From Rhynchobatus australiae (lineage: Eukaryota): a stretch of 64,000 nucleotides of DNA. The translations under genes were made by a program, and so were the position numbers. Under the pieces are notes generated by a model. That model made no database searches. It was not told the DNA's origin and saw only the letters and a list, made by a program, of their open reading frames with translations. This document shows positions 26,401-40,385 of this stretch, piece after piece (within the stretch, counting starts at the first letter, position 1; each line of letters opens with the position of its first letter). Where the stretch lies: NCBI GenBank assembly GCA_034780895.1, contig JAUZTB010000063.1:29042140-29106139 (forward strand), in the 5' to 3' direction.

Positions 26401-29400
26401 GGGTCCCCAGATGTTTGTGAGGAGGGTCAAGTGCGCTTCGTATCCCCTTGACAAGTCTGAATTCAATGATTAAAGTCAATGCCTAACACAACAGAAACAC
26501 TTCTGCAAAGGGATTTTAGCTGAAGACTATTTGAACCATGAAGCTATTTTAAGATATAGTCGTAATATTCCAAGTAATCTTTTCCATAAGAACAATAATA
26601 AATTCTCATATTTACATATTTAGGATAAGTATTTACATTTTCATTTGCCTTTGTCACTTTGTGTTATGGATGTCAAAGCAATAAATCGAGAATCAATTAA
26701 AACAAATAAAACAGCTAAAAGCTGAATTTGCAAAATTCATAAAGGTCTAATTGTTAAGACTTCCAATGAAGTGAGATGAAACATTATTTATTTGAAAATT
26801 TACACTTCATAACGATATAGATCTTCCTCTGTCTGCTTTGTTTTGCTGCTGTCTATGTTGAGCACTTTCTGAGATGACAGCATGGCAAATCTGCCAGAGC
26901 GCCAAGCACTTAACACATGACTCTTCTAACTTGTTGCCCTGCTGAGAACAGTACTAGGTTATTCAGTCTCTCACATCAGGTCTGTCACTAAGCTTCCTTA
27001 GTTCTACATCCCTTGATACCGATAACATAATTGTACTGACCACAACCATTCAGTTTTATAGTGCAGTTTAGCTTCTCCAATTCTATCCAATCAAATTCTT
27101 TTCTGTTTTAAAGAGATTAATCAATCTCTCATACATAAAAGAATACAAGTCGGTGTATACAATCTGTTCTCATAATTTTATCTTTTAAGCAGCAGAGTTC
27201 ATGCCAAGTCCCATATACCCTTCCTACAATATATTGCCCAAAACTGAATTCAGTACCCCAGATGGAGAATAATAACAAGACTTCATATAACCAGTCCTGT
27301 GTAATACCCCCACTCGAAATAATGGTCAACATTCTATTAGCCTTTTTGATTGCTTTGTGTACCTTCCCATAATTTGGGCGACTGCATTCACCATACCCAC
27401 CTTCGCAACATTACTTGCCTTTGCTCAACTTCAGTTGATCTGCCACTGAAACTTAACCTGCTAGTGTCCCTTTGGAACTTCTATTTCCATTTGCTCAGCT
27501 TACTGCTAATTTAGTGTGAATTGCAAACAAGGCTATATGGATCCATATTCTTTCAACAGAATTACTAGTAAAGCTGAGGACCCAGAACAGATCACTGGAG
27601 CACACTGCCTGCTGTAGCTGGCCAAAGTAACTTCCTACTCATTATTGCCATTTTCTGTCTCCTAACTGCCAAGCCAAATACAACAAACTACTTCCAATTC
27701 TATGCAGACTCACTTTTGCCAATAATTTTTATGGAATCTGATCAAATACCATCCAGAAATCTACTTAGGCAAGTACCATCTGTGGGCACATCTTTACGCT
27801 CTCTGAAAGTAAACAAAATGATCTATATTTTGATTGAATAAAGCCACACACTGACTTTTGCTGATCAACTCATATTATCCTCATTGTTCAATCACTATAT
27901 CCTTAATGATAGATTCTAGTGGCTTGACCACAACTAATGCTAAAATTAAATTAGGAGGTGGCATTTCGGTTCATTCACAGACAAAGGTTAGGTTGAGACA
28001 ATTATCCTCAAGCTTATTTTTCCCAGTGTATACAAGGTATATAATGCAAACATGAATGCTTACATAACAGAAATGACAGAATGAAGAACACTGCTCTGCT
28101 GTATTCTGTCATTCCTGTTTTGTAACACAAAGGAAAAAGTATGATTGTAAAACTAATCATATGAAATATATTTTTTAAATTGCATATCAAGCCTTGCAAA
28201 ATATATCCTGTTTGCAGGAATTTAACAACTTTCAAGATACAGATGTGTATACGTGTTCATAAAGTTGTATAATTAATCAATACTGAGTTAGCAAAAAATG
28301 TATCGAATGTATTGGGTGCATGATTAAGTTCCAAAGATCAGAATTACTAAAGGTGCAATATTTAATTACACTGAATGGTTGTTAATCAGTTAATAAGCCT
28401 TGGATGCCTGTCATCAGATTTTTGCCTCATCCCCTACCAGTTTTATTTCTTACTTGGAGAAAAACTCTTGTGGAAATTCATTGTTATATTTTATTGATAT
28501 AATTCTGACCGGCCAAAAAGATTCTTTGTGAAGTAATAAGACCATAATCCTGATTTTTTATAAATATAAAACAATGTGGGCTGTCATTAAGGGAGCCAAT
28601 AAAACATCTGATCATTCTAATTATAGGAAAACATGGACCATTTGGCACTAAACAACTGTAAACACATTGGACCACCCAGGGTCTGGGTGTGGGTTCACAC
28701 TAGTATACCTGCAGAGAAGGTTTGGCATGTCAGCATCTTGCCCATTGGAGCAGGATAAAGTCAACCTGGGTTGGTTATGAGAACATCTCAGCAGCTGGCA
28801 AAACTACAGGAGCAGATTGCTTGCTTCTCTCATTGACAGAGGAACAGTAAGTAGAAGGAAAAGACACAGGAGGTGGTAAAAGGTGGTTTGAAAATGAAAA
28901 ATCAGCATAAAGTAGAAAACTATATAGCATTAGCTATTTTTAAGCAATACAGAACTATACTGCTGTAAAGCTCAATTAACAGAGCCATACTTATAAGCAT
29001 ATATAACATGCTAATCATATAAAATGGTTTGAGTAGATAGAAATCTGGAACAAAAACTTGAAATAATTTCAGCAAGACAGATGCACTCAAATTTAAAATC
29101 TTTGTGATCTCTGTCCTGTCTTNNNNNNNNNNNNNNNNNNNNNNNNNNNNNNNNNNNNNNNNNNNNNNNNNNNNNNNNNNNNNNNNNNNNNNNNNNNNNN
29201 NNNNNNNNNNNNNNNNNNNNNNNNNNNNNNNNNNNNNNNNNNNNNNNNNNNNNNNNNNNNNNNNNNNNNNNNNNNNNNNNNNNNNNNNNNNNNNNNNNNN
29301 NNNNNNNNNNNNNNNNNNNNNNNNNNNNNNNNNNNNNNTCAAGATTCCATCCCCACATCCAAATGAAGCCAAATTAATGTCTTGATTAAGGCAGCAACAA

Positions 29401-30479
29401 CGAATACTAGAGTCCTGGGCGTCACTCTGATGGATTACATTGCCAGTTTTTCCATTTATTAGCTGTTTTCAATGTAAAATAATTGAGTTAATACTGAAAT
29501 TATCTCGGCATCTAAAAAGACAAAAGAAGGTGTTATTTACACCCAAATAATAAACGGATACCAATAAAGTTGGAAAAATGCATGTCCCTAGCCAGACAGA
29601 AGTACTGTGAACAGATTCTACAGACAGATGCTTAACAGAACTAGTTGCATCTAACAGATTAAACTACTGAAATATAGTGATACAGAATATGAATTTTATC
29701 TGACAGCTGGTGATGGTAAGGCAACATGACTGGAGAATGAAAAATAGATTGATAGATGTCAATCACTTTAAAAGTGTGGGAAAAATATTGCATAGTGCAT
29801 CATTTATTATGGTCAACTTTATTCACCAGACTATTTCTTCTCACATTTGTTACAAGATTACGTTGAATGTCATTGTACAATCTTCATACCTGGAAGTCCA
29901 TAAATGATGCTGGGAAATATTGCTTTATCAGCACACATTTCTGGGTTAAAGAGTCTTCTTATCTTCAAGGAAGTGTCTCAGGTTCAAAGATGACCTACTT
30001 TTACAACAGTTCTGTGGGCTCCGTAGTACCTGATCAATCATGAGATTATGAACCTGTATTCCCTATTTCCTTTCTTTCTTCTTTCTTACTTACTGGGGTA
30101 TAGTTGCTACCTGCTAATCTGTGGGAACCATTCTAGGTCCTATGAAATTTTTGGAAGGCGATAAGCAATCAGTGCATCCACCTCTTTCAAAATCTTGAGA
30201 TGCAGGTCATTGACTTTCTGACCATTATTTTCTCCAATACATGTTTTTCATGCTAATTTCTTTTAGCACCTCATTCACTCTTACCTCTTGTTCTCCATCA
30301 TTTCTGAGAGGTTTTTTAGTGAAGCCAGACACAAAATATTTGTTAAAGTTCACTGCTGTTTACTTAACTTCTCCTATCACATCTGGTTAGGGAACCACAT
30401 TACCTTTTGCTAATCATTTCATCTTGTATGATTTTCAATCCTCTTTAACCCAGAATATTATCAGCCTTTTCCTTTGACC

Positions 30480-31990
30480 TAAACCATCTTTCTTCCACCT
30501 CTTATGCAGTTCCTCAGGATCAAAAATGTCTTGCTTCATTTTGAGAGCTTTGAGGTGACAGATGTGGCCCAAAGCAGAGACTGCACTCCTCCACGGAGGG
30601 CGCAGGTGATGTCTGACAGGGCAGATGAAAAGGTAGTATGCGAGGTGTTGCACTCCTTCTGACATTTACACAAGGCTCCTGTGTGCTCTCCATGCATGGA
30701 CTCAAGGTTCTCAATACCATCTTGAATGCTCTTTCTCAACTTTGAGTAGTCCTCGGCCAGGGATTCCTTGGAGTCAATGGGGATGTTGAGTTTCTCAAGG
30801 AAGCTTCAAGTGCACCACTGAATCTCTTCCCATGTCCAACCAATAATCTCTTCCTGTCCCAGAACGCAGAATACCTAGGCTGTTTCAAGGTTCTGGTGCT
30901 GGGCAAGTGAGCAACATGTCCTGCCCAGTTGGGCTGACTGAGTGGAATTAGGGCCTTAATGCTGGGAGGTGTTAGCCCAGGAGGTTACAGACTTTGACTC
31001 ACTTACCTTTCCAGTAAATTTGAAGCATTTTGCAGAGGCAGCATTGGTTCTATCTTTCCAGTGCCTTGATGTGTTTGCTGCAGGCAATCCAGTTCTCAGA
31101 AGCATATAGGAGGGCATAGATCACTACTGCCCTGTACACCATGAATGTTGTGTTTTGTCTNNNNNNNNNNNNNNNNNNNNNNNNNNNNNNNNNNNNNNNN
31201 NNNNNNNNNNNNNNNNNNNNNNNNNNNNNNNNNNNNNNNNNNNNNNNNNNNNNNNNNNNNTGAGATCTTGATCTTCACAGAGCCTTTTCCATATCTATTA
31301 AAGGTTATCCTAATGCACTGAAGCAAATGGTGAATTCCTTCACTGATGTCCACTTTTTCAGGAAGGGTGCTCCTGAGATGCAGGAAGTAGTCCACATTTC
31401 CCAGTACCTCACCACAAACCTTTATTGGCAGAGGGCAGTGCTTTCTCATGGAAGCAGGTTGGTAGAAGACTTTGGTTTTACTGATGAGAGTGTGGGGTCC
31501 ATCCTCTCATATGCTTCAATGAATGAGTCAAGGTGACTTGGACACAGTTTCTGAGAATGTGCAGAAACTATTGTTGTCCATGTACTGCAGCTCAACTACT
31601 GAAGTTCAGGTGACCTTGGTTCTGGAGTGTACTTTCTGTTTGCAATTAGTTCTGAACATTATTCATTGCTTCATTCCTGTGGGAAGCAAGCAGCAATATT
31701 GCAGCAAGAAAGTTTGAGAAAAGTGTCAGTGCAAATATGCAGCCTTGTTTGACACTGGTATTCACTGGGATTGGCTCTACTATAGAGCCTTTGGTTGGGC
31801 TCCTAGCTTGCATATCACCATCACCAACTATAAAATGGGACAAACTTTTGAGGCACCCAAACTTGAGGAACGTGTTCCACAATCCCCCCCGAGTGATGGA
31901 GTCAAGGTTTTGGTGACAAAATCAAAAAAAGCCACGTTAGTGGTGCTCTCTGTTTTTTTCTTGAACTCGTCATGTTGTGAAGATCATGTC
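30480..31990 (-). mobile_element. Degraded RTE-clade LINE ORF2 3' half
   Basis: MWNTFLKFGC..EPIPVNTSVKQGCIFALTLFSNFL and IKVCGEVLGNVDYFLHLRS; RTE-like 3' end near 30500-30620. Confidence 0.75.
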
Positions 31991-32732
31991 CACTGTGGCT
32001 CTTGATGGACTGAATCCACATTACCTTTAACCTCTTGTTGGACCACTTCATTTTTTTTAATGCCTCCAAGGGATATATATTTGTTGTAAGCTTATGTAAT
32101 AATTCTTTATATGATAACCATTGCTTGATTACTGTCATAACATCTAACATAGCTTTCCAACCTCCTGTAGTCAATGCAGGCCTCATGCATTTATTTATAG
32201 TTTTGTTTAGATTTAAGACCCTGGTTTCAGATTGAACTAATCACTTTAAGATTGATGTAAAATTCTATCACATTAGGATAATTTATTTTTGAAATTAAAT
32301 GAAAAGCTACATGACTGAAATAAAAGTTGTACGTCTTGAGCATATCTCTAACTATGTTCTGTACTTCAGTCCAGAGAGCAAACCAGCAAATGATCTGACC
32401 TTCACACTAACCTTGCCTTCTTCCACCTCAGCTTTCCTTTCATTATTTTTTCTCTACATTTAATATTTTTCTTTTTTGTTTACCAAAACAAAGTTTAAGT
32501 GCCACTGAGTTGGAACACATTGAGTCGATTATTTTTGTTTGAAATTAATTTAGTTGCACGTGCTTTCTTTTTTCTTAAAGATCAGCAAATGGAAAACATT
32601 GCTCAATATGTTGACTATCTGTTCAAATTTAATATATTGTCTCCTTTTGAGAGGAGCTGCTTAAATCAACAATACAGAGAGCCACTGGGACACCTAATCA
32701 TAACCTTTCCATTTGAAACAAAAAATGCTTAC

Positions 32733-32852
32733 CTGTAAACATTTTTTATTATCAGATACCAGAACAAAAATGTCATTCTTTTGGAAGATTACATCCATGC
32801 ACTGTACCAAAGAAACAGCAAAGGAACTATGCACTTTATTGGTCTCCCATAG
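32733..32852 (-). CDS. APAF1: APAF1 coding exon (~exon 20), inter-propeller linker
   Basis: 120 bp, gacag acceptor and CAG|gtaagc donor. Encodes LWETNKVHSSFAVSLVQCMDVIFQKNDIFVLVSDNKKCLQ. Confidence 0.93.
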
Positions 32853-33959
32853 CTGTCAAAACAAAATGCAATTTAGATGTCATAACCAGGAGATTCATGC
32901 ATTCTTTCACTCCTGTAGCCCATTATCCATATAATACAACCAATTCACTGAAACCAAATGACATTAAGTTTAATGAAAAAGCTCAAAAGATATTAAAGTG
33001 ATATTGCAAAAAATCAGCACCATCTCACCCGTATGTAATCTATTTGACATCCACAAAAAAAGTCAGAGGAAAGTAGAAAACATTGCAACTTTTGAGATTA
33101 CACAGATATGATGCCTCACCATGAAAAAGGTTTATGCTGTAGGGTGGAAATTAATAAAATAAGAGTTCAAAATTAATGAATCTGTGTATAACCGACAAAG
33201 TTGTCTGAAAACTAATTACCAAGAGCATCAGAAGATTGGTGAATATTATACTACTAATCAGTAAATTACAGTACTTCATTGACTTGAAAAGGTAGAAGGA
33301 AGCTCATTCACTTATTTATGTTGTTCCAGTTGCCCCTCCCCATCCGTTTAAAGGGGGAATACTTTGAAATGTAAATTTATCTTGACAAAACAATAATGCC
33401 TGTCAATATGGACATTATTTAGTCCAGGTTATGACAAAGTATATGACTAGACCCGTCCACGATATTTCATAAGAGATAAAATTAGTTTTGACATTGAATG
33501 GAGTTTAGTAACTAACAAACTGTTTGAATGAGCTTACTCTTCATTAAAGGTTGAACTAACGCAGTGGAATATAATCAGCTTTGTCATCAGAATACAATCT
33601 TTACAAAGAAAAGCAGTAGAATTTATTATTGCTGAAAAACTGCTGCACTGCGGATCAATTCAGAGAGGATCAATCACTCATGGGTTACAACATGAATGAA
33701 GGTGTAATAAGAACGCCGTCTCTTTCATCTGTTCAATATGCTCATAAGGTGGAAGAGACAATGAGCATCTGTGCAACCAAATGATTTGCACAGCTCTACT
33801 TTTAAATTGGCATGCTACAGCAGTATAAAATATGCAGTTATATAATCACCTTTCAAGTCATGTAGAAATTAAGAGAGGAAGTTCAAACTGTTAGTTCTTT
33901 TTCCTTTTGAAATGTTGTGACAGACCAAGTCATATACTTGTGATAGAGGGAGTAGAATG

Positions 33960-34400
33960 AAGGTTCATTGAGATTAATTTCTAAGATGGCAAGGTTTGTC
34001 ATATGAGAGAGCAAACAGACTGGGCCTATACTGTCTAAAAGTTTAGAAGAATGAAAGGTGTTCACATTGAAACACACAAGAATCTTATGGGGCTCAGTAG
34101 GATACAGCTGATGCTTCCTCTGAACCAGGGATCACTTTCTGAGAATATGAGGGCAGCCATTCTGAGCAGAAATGAGGAGAAACTTCTTCATCCAGAGGGG
34201 AATGAATCTTTTGAAATTCTCTTCCTAAAAGGTGAAGATTCATTCATTGAGTCTATTGAATAGAGACTAATTGGTTTTTAGATATTAAGGGAATCAAGGG
34301 ACATGGAGCTAGTACCAGAAAGTGGTGCTGAGGAAAGTTCAGCCATGATCTAACTGGATGGCAGAGCATTCACGAGGAGTCAAGTGGTCTACACCTGTTT
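33960..34400 (+). mobile_element. CR1-type LINE 3' end
   Basis: gagtttagaagaatga..gatctcattgaaaca-like CR1 C-terminal sequence followed by the typical 3' UTR. Confidence 0.62.
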
Positions 34401-35554
34401 CTATTTGTATTCCTACAGGCATTTTCCTGGAGAAACAAAATTTCTGTGGAAAATTAGATCTTTTTGAGCAGCAATTTTCAGCTGAACAACTATTTGCCAA
34501 GGAGAAGTTTGATTACAATGATGAGAATACCAAATCTGAAACACTTTCAAATTATGAGTTTATGAAGACAATGGTGGTCTTTGAGAATGCTTTGAGGGTG
34601 GATAGACCAAAGGCAGCAATTTTAGTTGAGCTGAAGTTTGCAGTTTGGAGGACAGAGGGCTAGCAGCTCCTCCGAATAATTAAGACTGAAGGATACAGAG
34701 TCAGGAATCAAGACTTCAACAGCATGGTGTCAGAGGCAGGTGCAACGTGGGGCAATGCTACAAAGGTAAATGTATCTCTATTTTTGTGATATGCAGGATA
34801 CGTTGAAATCCTAATTCAGGGTCTAATGGGATACAGAGGCTGCAAACACAGCCTGTTTTAACTTGAGATAATGAGTGGGAAGGGGCAAGAGTAAATGGAG
34901 TAGGAGGGGAAGCTATTAACCTTAAAGGAGTGATCAATTAGTCAATTTACCACACCGGCAATATTTGAACTACACATTGAAGATAAAATCTAACACAATA
35001 ATAAATTAAAAATTTAAGTCACATTATACCCTCACATTGGATGCCACCTTGCATATCATTTACATGTGATTGCAGTTTTGACATGTCAATCTTATACATT
35101 TTTCTTGCTCTTTCTCAATCTTACAGAGATCATTGTCCTCCTGAGAATGAGAAATGCTTTGCCTCAAACTCACTAGGAGGAGAGGATTATACATTGCAAC
35201 ATTTGATACGAATCTCTTCCAAAATCAGATTTTTCCAGTGATGATATTAAAATAGATATGGTTCTCTCATATAAGCCAGATAAATAGATGAAACCACATA
35301 TTGATTCACTGTTCATCTCTGTAAAATTAGAGCATAACATTAAATACAAGTGAAGCGAATAGATGCCACATTGCAGGGAGTCAGAGCGAGTACCATTTGG
35401 GACATTTAAGATTTTAGAATTCTAGAGATGGATGGCTCTTCATTCTGAAAATATGTTTTTGCAGGAACTGAAATAATCAAAGCAACTCTGTACGTGTAGT
35501 TGTTTCTCATAGTGTCCTTTCATTCACAGAATTAGTTAATAAAATCTTACATAC

Positions 35555-35680
35555 CCTAACAGTTTTGTCATCTGAAGAGGACAATAATTTTGAACCATCA
35601 CGTGAAAATTGAACACAATGAACCCAGCTCAAGTGTCCACTGCAGTCAGCCACTCTCTTCTGCAATTCCATGTCCCATAA
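35555..35680 (-). CDS. APAF1: APAF1 coding exon (~exon 19), WD40
   Basis: 126 bp, ttctag acceptor and AGG|gtatgt donor. Encodes [42 protein letters not shown]. Confidence 0.96.
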
Positions 35681-36809
35681 CTAGAAGGAATTGAACAAAA
35701 AATGTAACTCAATGTATTGGTTAAATTTTTTCATATCACAAGATCATGAAATAGTGATTTATTGACAGTGATTTTGAATCTAAAAGTGAGATGTTCATTA
35801 ACTTAATTAAATCAGCTAGAGGACTGCAATTGGTATTCTCCTTCACAGTTAACTGCCGCAGAGCCAGGTCTTCCTGGAACCCTGGAATGAGGCAGAAAAT
35901 TGGAAGCAGGAGCTGACATTTCAAGGCAGCAGGTGCCTTTCACAGTGATTCTTGAGTACTAGGAAGGGCAGATATATGCCTCACGATCCCTCAAAGCAAT
36001 TGTGGCCTCTCTCTCCCCAATGGTGTAATTGGTGACTTTCCCCCACCGCCCCTCCCCCCAATCAGTAGCCTTTCCCCAGCTCACCAGATCACAATTTCTA
36101 GCTTCAATCCCCTCCTGGCGGAATTGATTCCACTTCTGGCAGCGTTCCCCACCAGACAACTGGCCAGTTGGAAGGTGAGATCCTGCAGTTCCCTTCAGCA
36201 GGAAATTGCCTGTTTTTTTTTCCCCCCAACTCCACTCCTGTCCTCTCTGGAAATGCTCAGGTCAGTGGATTGGGAAATGCTGCTGATATCAGATACTATG
36301 GAAAATGTTTTGATAGTTCTGTACGTGCTCCCACAAGGAATCATGGAATATAAGATGATAAATAGGCTCACTAGAAAAGTCAGAAAGGAAACAGAGTGCA
36401 GCCCTACATAAATAAATTATATAGGCTGGAAAGAGATCAAAAGAAAAAAAAATCAAGGACCATAATGAGCATTGAAATTCAGAAGTGCCGAGACTTTTTA
36501 AGTAGAAGACTAGGGACAGATGATTCAAGGTTGAAAAGTGGGAAATTACAGAATAGTGTGCAAGAAAATAAAAGAAAGCATTGAATCATAACAATCATAG
36601 AAAGCATTAATGGACAAATCCACAGAACTATGAGCATACTACTTACAATGTCAAAGTACTGATAAGATACTGGTTTTCATTAGTAGAGGGATAATGGGTC
36701 ACCTGCTGATCCAGTGCAGTTAAAAGATGCCATCTCATTAATTTTACTTTTATTTACTTTTCTCGATATATACTCCCACAACGTTTCTTACCTATAAAGA
36801 CTTGGGTGT

Positions 36810-37120
36810 CACAGAGGCACTGCAGGTAGTGTGGCTAACACATGGCTCTAGCAACCCAGGTTTAATTCTGACTCTGATGTTGCCTGCATGGAATTTCCAT
36901 GGTCACAGGGCATCCCCTGTGAATTCCCATTTCCCCTCAAATCACCTGGACACGTTGGTTGGTAGATTAACTGTAAATTGACCCGAATGTTAGTGAGCAA
37001 AAGGAGAATCAGGGCTAATTGATGGGCATGCATGAGAGAACAGGTTACAGGGAAATAGGTGGAGCAATATGATTGCTCCGAGAACCAGCATAGACGCAAT
37101 GGTCCTTATTCTGTGTCATT
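36810..37120 (+). mobile_element. tRNA-derived SINE (V-SINE/HE1-like), diverged
   Basis: Decayed B-box-like cccaggtttaattctgac, a core region, and a gtagattaactgtaaattgaccc segment typical of fish SINEs. Confidence 0.55.
36886..36974 (+). repeat. 89-bp exact direct repeat, copy 1
   Basis: Identical by eye to 39548-39636. Confidence 0.95.
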
Positions 37121-37933
37121 ATGAAATTTGAAACATGTGATGCTGTTGGGTAGGGAATTCGAAGAGTTAGACCCAGCAATAACGAATAAAAAGCAATACA
37201 TTTCTAAGCCAGGTGGTGTGACACTGAGGGTGGTGCTGCCCCCACAGCACTGTGTGCAGTTTTGATCAAAGGAATAGAATTTCTGCTCTTAAAGAAATGA
37301 AAGCCAATAACAAATATAATTCAAGGCAACAGAAATTTACATTATGTCAAAATACAATGGCTCAGTCTTTAGAAATGGGAATCTGAGGTGACATTCAAGT
37401 TCATAACAGGTACAGTCAAAATGCTTTCTATGAAATTATTATGATTGAAATTGCACGGGACAGATCTTACGTAAAATTAAGTATATAAAAAACAAAATAA
37501 TTTCCTTCTCGACTGTATTTACACCCAAACATTAGGGCCACAATAAGAAAATGGATCAGTCAGGATAATTCTTAGGAAAGCAAGAGATTTGTTAATCCAA
37601 ATGATGTTTCTCAGGACTTAATCCTGAAGTGGTCAAGAAAATTTCCTTGCGAAAAAAAGAGTACAGAGTTCTACTCAATGATTTCTAAGGTACCCCCCCC
37701 CCCCAAAGTCCTTTCATTCTGGTCCTTGGGTCCCATCCAAATATCAAGTGCCCAAGCCTCTCACTGCCTCTGACCTCTGCTCTGCAACACCCTTCCGAAC
37801 ACCCATCCATTGCTCAATGCTCTTGGTGTTTAGAGATCTTCAAGCTTTGTTTTATTAAACTTGGTGTCACGGGAGTGTTTTTCTGCATTAAAAGCTGCAC
37901 ATGGATGCATGTTCCTCAGGACCATTCACTTAC

Positions 37934-38062
37934 CTCTACAGAATTGTGAGACAAAGCTACAGCCAGTAATGGTCTGGTAGGAGAAATATCACAAGACTGA
38001 ATAGTGCTGTAACGACTCATTGTTAATTCAGTTATCATGTCACCAGTCATTGCATCATAAAT
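37934..38062 (-). CDS. APAF1: APAF1 coding exon (~exon 18), the 43-aa WD40 repeat of the mammalian long (XL-type) isoform
   Basis: 129 bp, tttttcag acceptor and GAG|gtaagt donor. Encodes IYDAMTGDMITELTMSRYSTIQSCDISPTRPLLAVALSHNSVE (cf. HSTIQYCDFSPQNHLAVVALSQYCVE). Confidence 0.93.
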
Positions 38063-39547
38063 CTGAAAAATAAAATTTTCTGGAAATAACAACTTGGGAA
38101 AAGATGTGTTAATACATAAAAGTCAAAATAAATTAATAATGAAGGGGGCAAAGGTAAAAAAAAAACTAAAATCCATTGCAGTTTTGTATTTTAGGACATG
38201 CATCATCATTTAGTCTGACACATTTCTAAAAACACACAAGGCCTGTTTGGGCGTTAATTTACAAACTTAAGATGCTAAAATGTGTGAAAGACTGATTTGG
38301 TTTTTGTCTGATGAGGTGTTAAAAATATTATTTGTGCAGATGAAGCTGCAACAGAACTGTGCACCGTTTCTCCCTGGCTGCCTTCAAATCTTCACATTAC
38401 ATTAAAGTGAGCTTNNNNNNNNNNAAAACAGCACTCATCAAAAATTCCCATGCTGGACCAATTCTCCTTTCTGAGCTTTTTAAAAAAACGTGCAAACATC
38501 CAGGTCTAAATTGTGATCCTCCACATGATGTTTTCGATCCCATTGAAATAATCTCAACTAATTGATCCACATATCTATCTACCTGGAAACCAAAGTACAC
38601 AAATTTATTAAAGAAAGTGGGTTACTAGTAATCAGCCTCGAATCTACGGTGAACTGCTGTTTCATCATATTATCTATGCATATAGTATGATTTTATACAT
38701 AAAATTAATACCAAAGGACATTTGGTCCAATTCCATTTTTTAAACAGAATGTTGCTTTTGTTTACCTTAATATTTTTTGGGCTTTATTTAGATTTTCGTG
38801 CCCCTGTTGGCAGATGTTTCAATGGTTGTGATGTTTAAGAGCAACAACGGTAGAGACTTAAAGCAAAGTTTTTTGTTTGCTTTTCTCCCAAGGAAAAGGG
38901 AGAAAGTAAATTTTGTGATTAAAAGGAAATTGGTTTGTCCAAATGTCATTGGATAATTTTGACCAGTAATCAAAAATCAGTATTTTAGCATAGGGAAAAA
39001 TTAACATGATAAATGCATTAGAAATTAATGGTTGATCAGTGTCAATTTCCTTTTAAAATGAAGTTAGCTATATTGGTTTACTAAAGCAGAAAATAGTTTA
39101 AATCAGAGAAGAGCTGGTTAATTTCCAAGCAATGATAGGCCTGTGTTCAATTGCATTGGGCTTTGAGTCTCCATGCACTGCTTTCAGTACTGGAGACTCT
39201 TTTTCTATGCATCTTCTATAGCCCCTTTTCTGCTGATAACAAATGATTTCATATACACAACTTGTAACCAAAATGCTCATTTTTCATACAATGCAACCAA
39301 TTAGTGACAGCCCAGCTGTTCACCACACTGTAGTTACTTGTTTATTAACAAAGGGCTTTAGGCTCATGTTTTCAGGCGCCTTGGGATGCTTGGCCTACGC
39401 ATGAACCTAAAGCAGGAGATTAAAAAAGAGAACAGCAAACCCTTAATGTTATGTCTCAGGCTGCAAGGAAATTCTGATAGTGGTTAGGAACCTCCTGATA
39501 AACTGTTATTCAATTTCTCTCTTGGTGGTTGTTTTGATTGATTGCTG

Positions 39548-39636
39548 GCATGGAATTTCCATGGTCACAGGGCATCCCCTGTGAATTCCCATTTCCCCTC
39601 AAATCACCTGGACACGTTGGTTGGTAGATTAACTGT
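39548..39636 (+). repeat. 89-bp exact direct repeat, copy 2
   Basis: Identical by eye to 36886-36974; lacks the SINE flanks. Confidence 0.95.
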
Positions 39637-40315
39637 GATGGAGTGAAACTGGAACTGAAGTCTCCTGCCCTGGAGGAAAGTATATGGATTTAGACTCTAA
39701 GGAGCCAAGTGAGGCTCAAGAAAAAAGGAGCAGTGTCAATGAGGAACACGAGACCAAGAAGAAAATGAGCATGTGGGGATAAAGCAAAAAACTGATAGTG
39801 AGCATCAATATTTTCATAGGCCTTGAACCAAACCTGACTACTGAAACTGAAAATATCGAGGACTGTTCAGCACCAAAGGAACTCAACATAAAAGGCATCA
39901 CAACACTAAACATTCTGGTTTTAATGAATTCACAGGACAACAATGCTAACAAAAATTGGAGATGCAAAAAGGGAATTATCTGTTCAGCAAATATCTTCCA
40001 GAAGGTGCAGAAAGAATCAAAAACAATAATGAAAGTGAGCTATGAGATTGCTTCATTAATTATCAAGGCATTAATTGCCAATGGAGATTTTGTGAAAGAT
40101 TGTTTGTTAATAGCAGAGAACTGTGTTCCACTAAACCTTTGAACTTTATATAAAAAAAGTAATTCTGAATTGTTCAATGTTTTCAGTCCTGTGTGCTAGG
40201 TCCAGGAAACAACATTTTATGAGAACTGAAAGGGAGCAAGAAAATGTTTATGTACTCCCCCCAGTAGAATTTCAAACTTTGACTCAGCTTAGTTGACAGG
40301 ATTTTTGTTTAGTGT

Positions 40316-40385
40316 GATAGATGAAATGTCTTTCAGGTTTATGATGAATTGATAGATGAAATGTCTTTCAGGTTTATGATGAATT
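40316..40385 (+). repeat. Perfect 35-bp tandem duplication
   Basis: gatagatgaaatgtctttcaggtttatgatgaatt twice. Confidence 0.93.

Noticed and set aside
24190-27900. Faint CR1/LINE-like remnants (also ~7000-7500, 48500-52560, 58700-59060)
   Set aside because: Probably old repeats, but too decayed to give defensible boundaries or families by eye.
40316-40385. Direct repeats as a CRISPR-like array
   Set aside because: Only two abutting copies, no spacers, eukaryotic intron, no cas genes.
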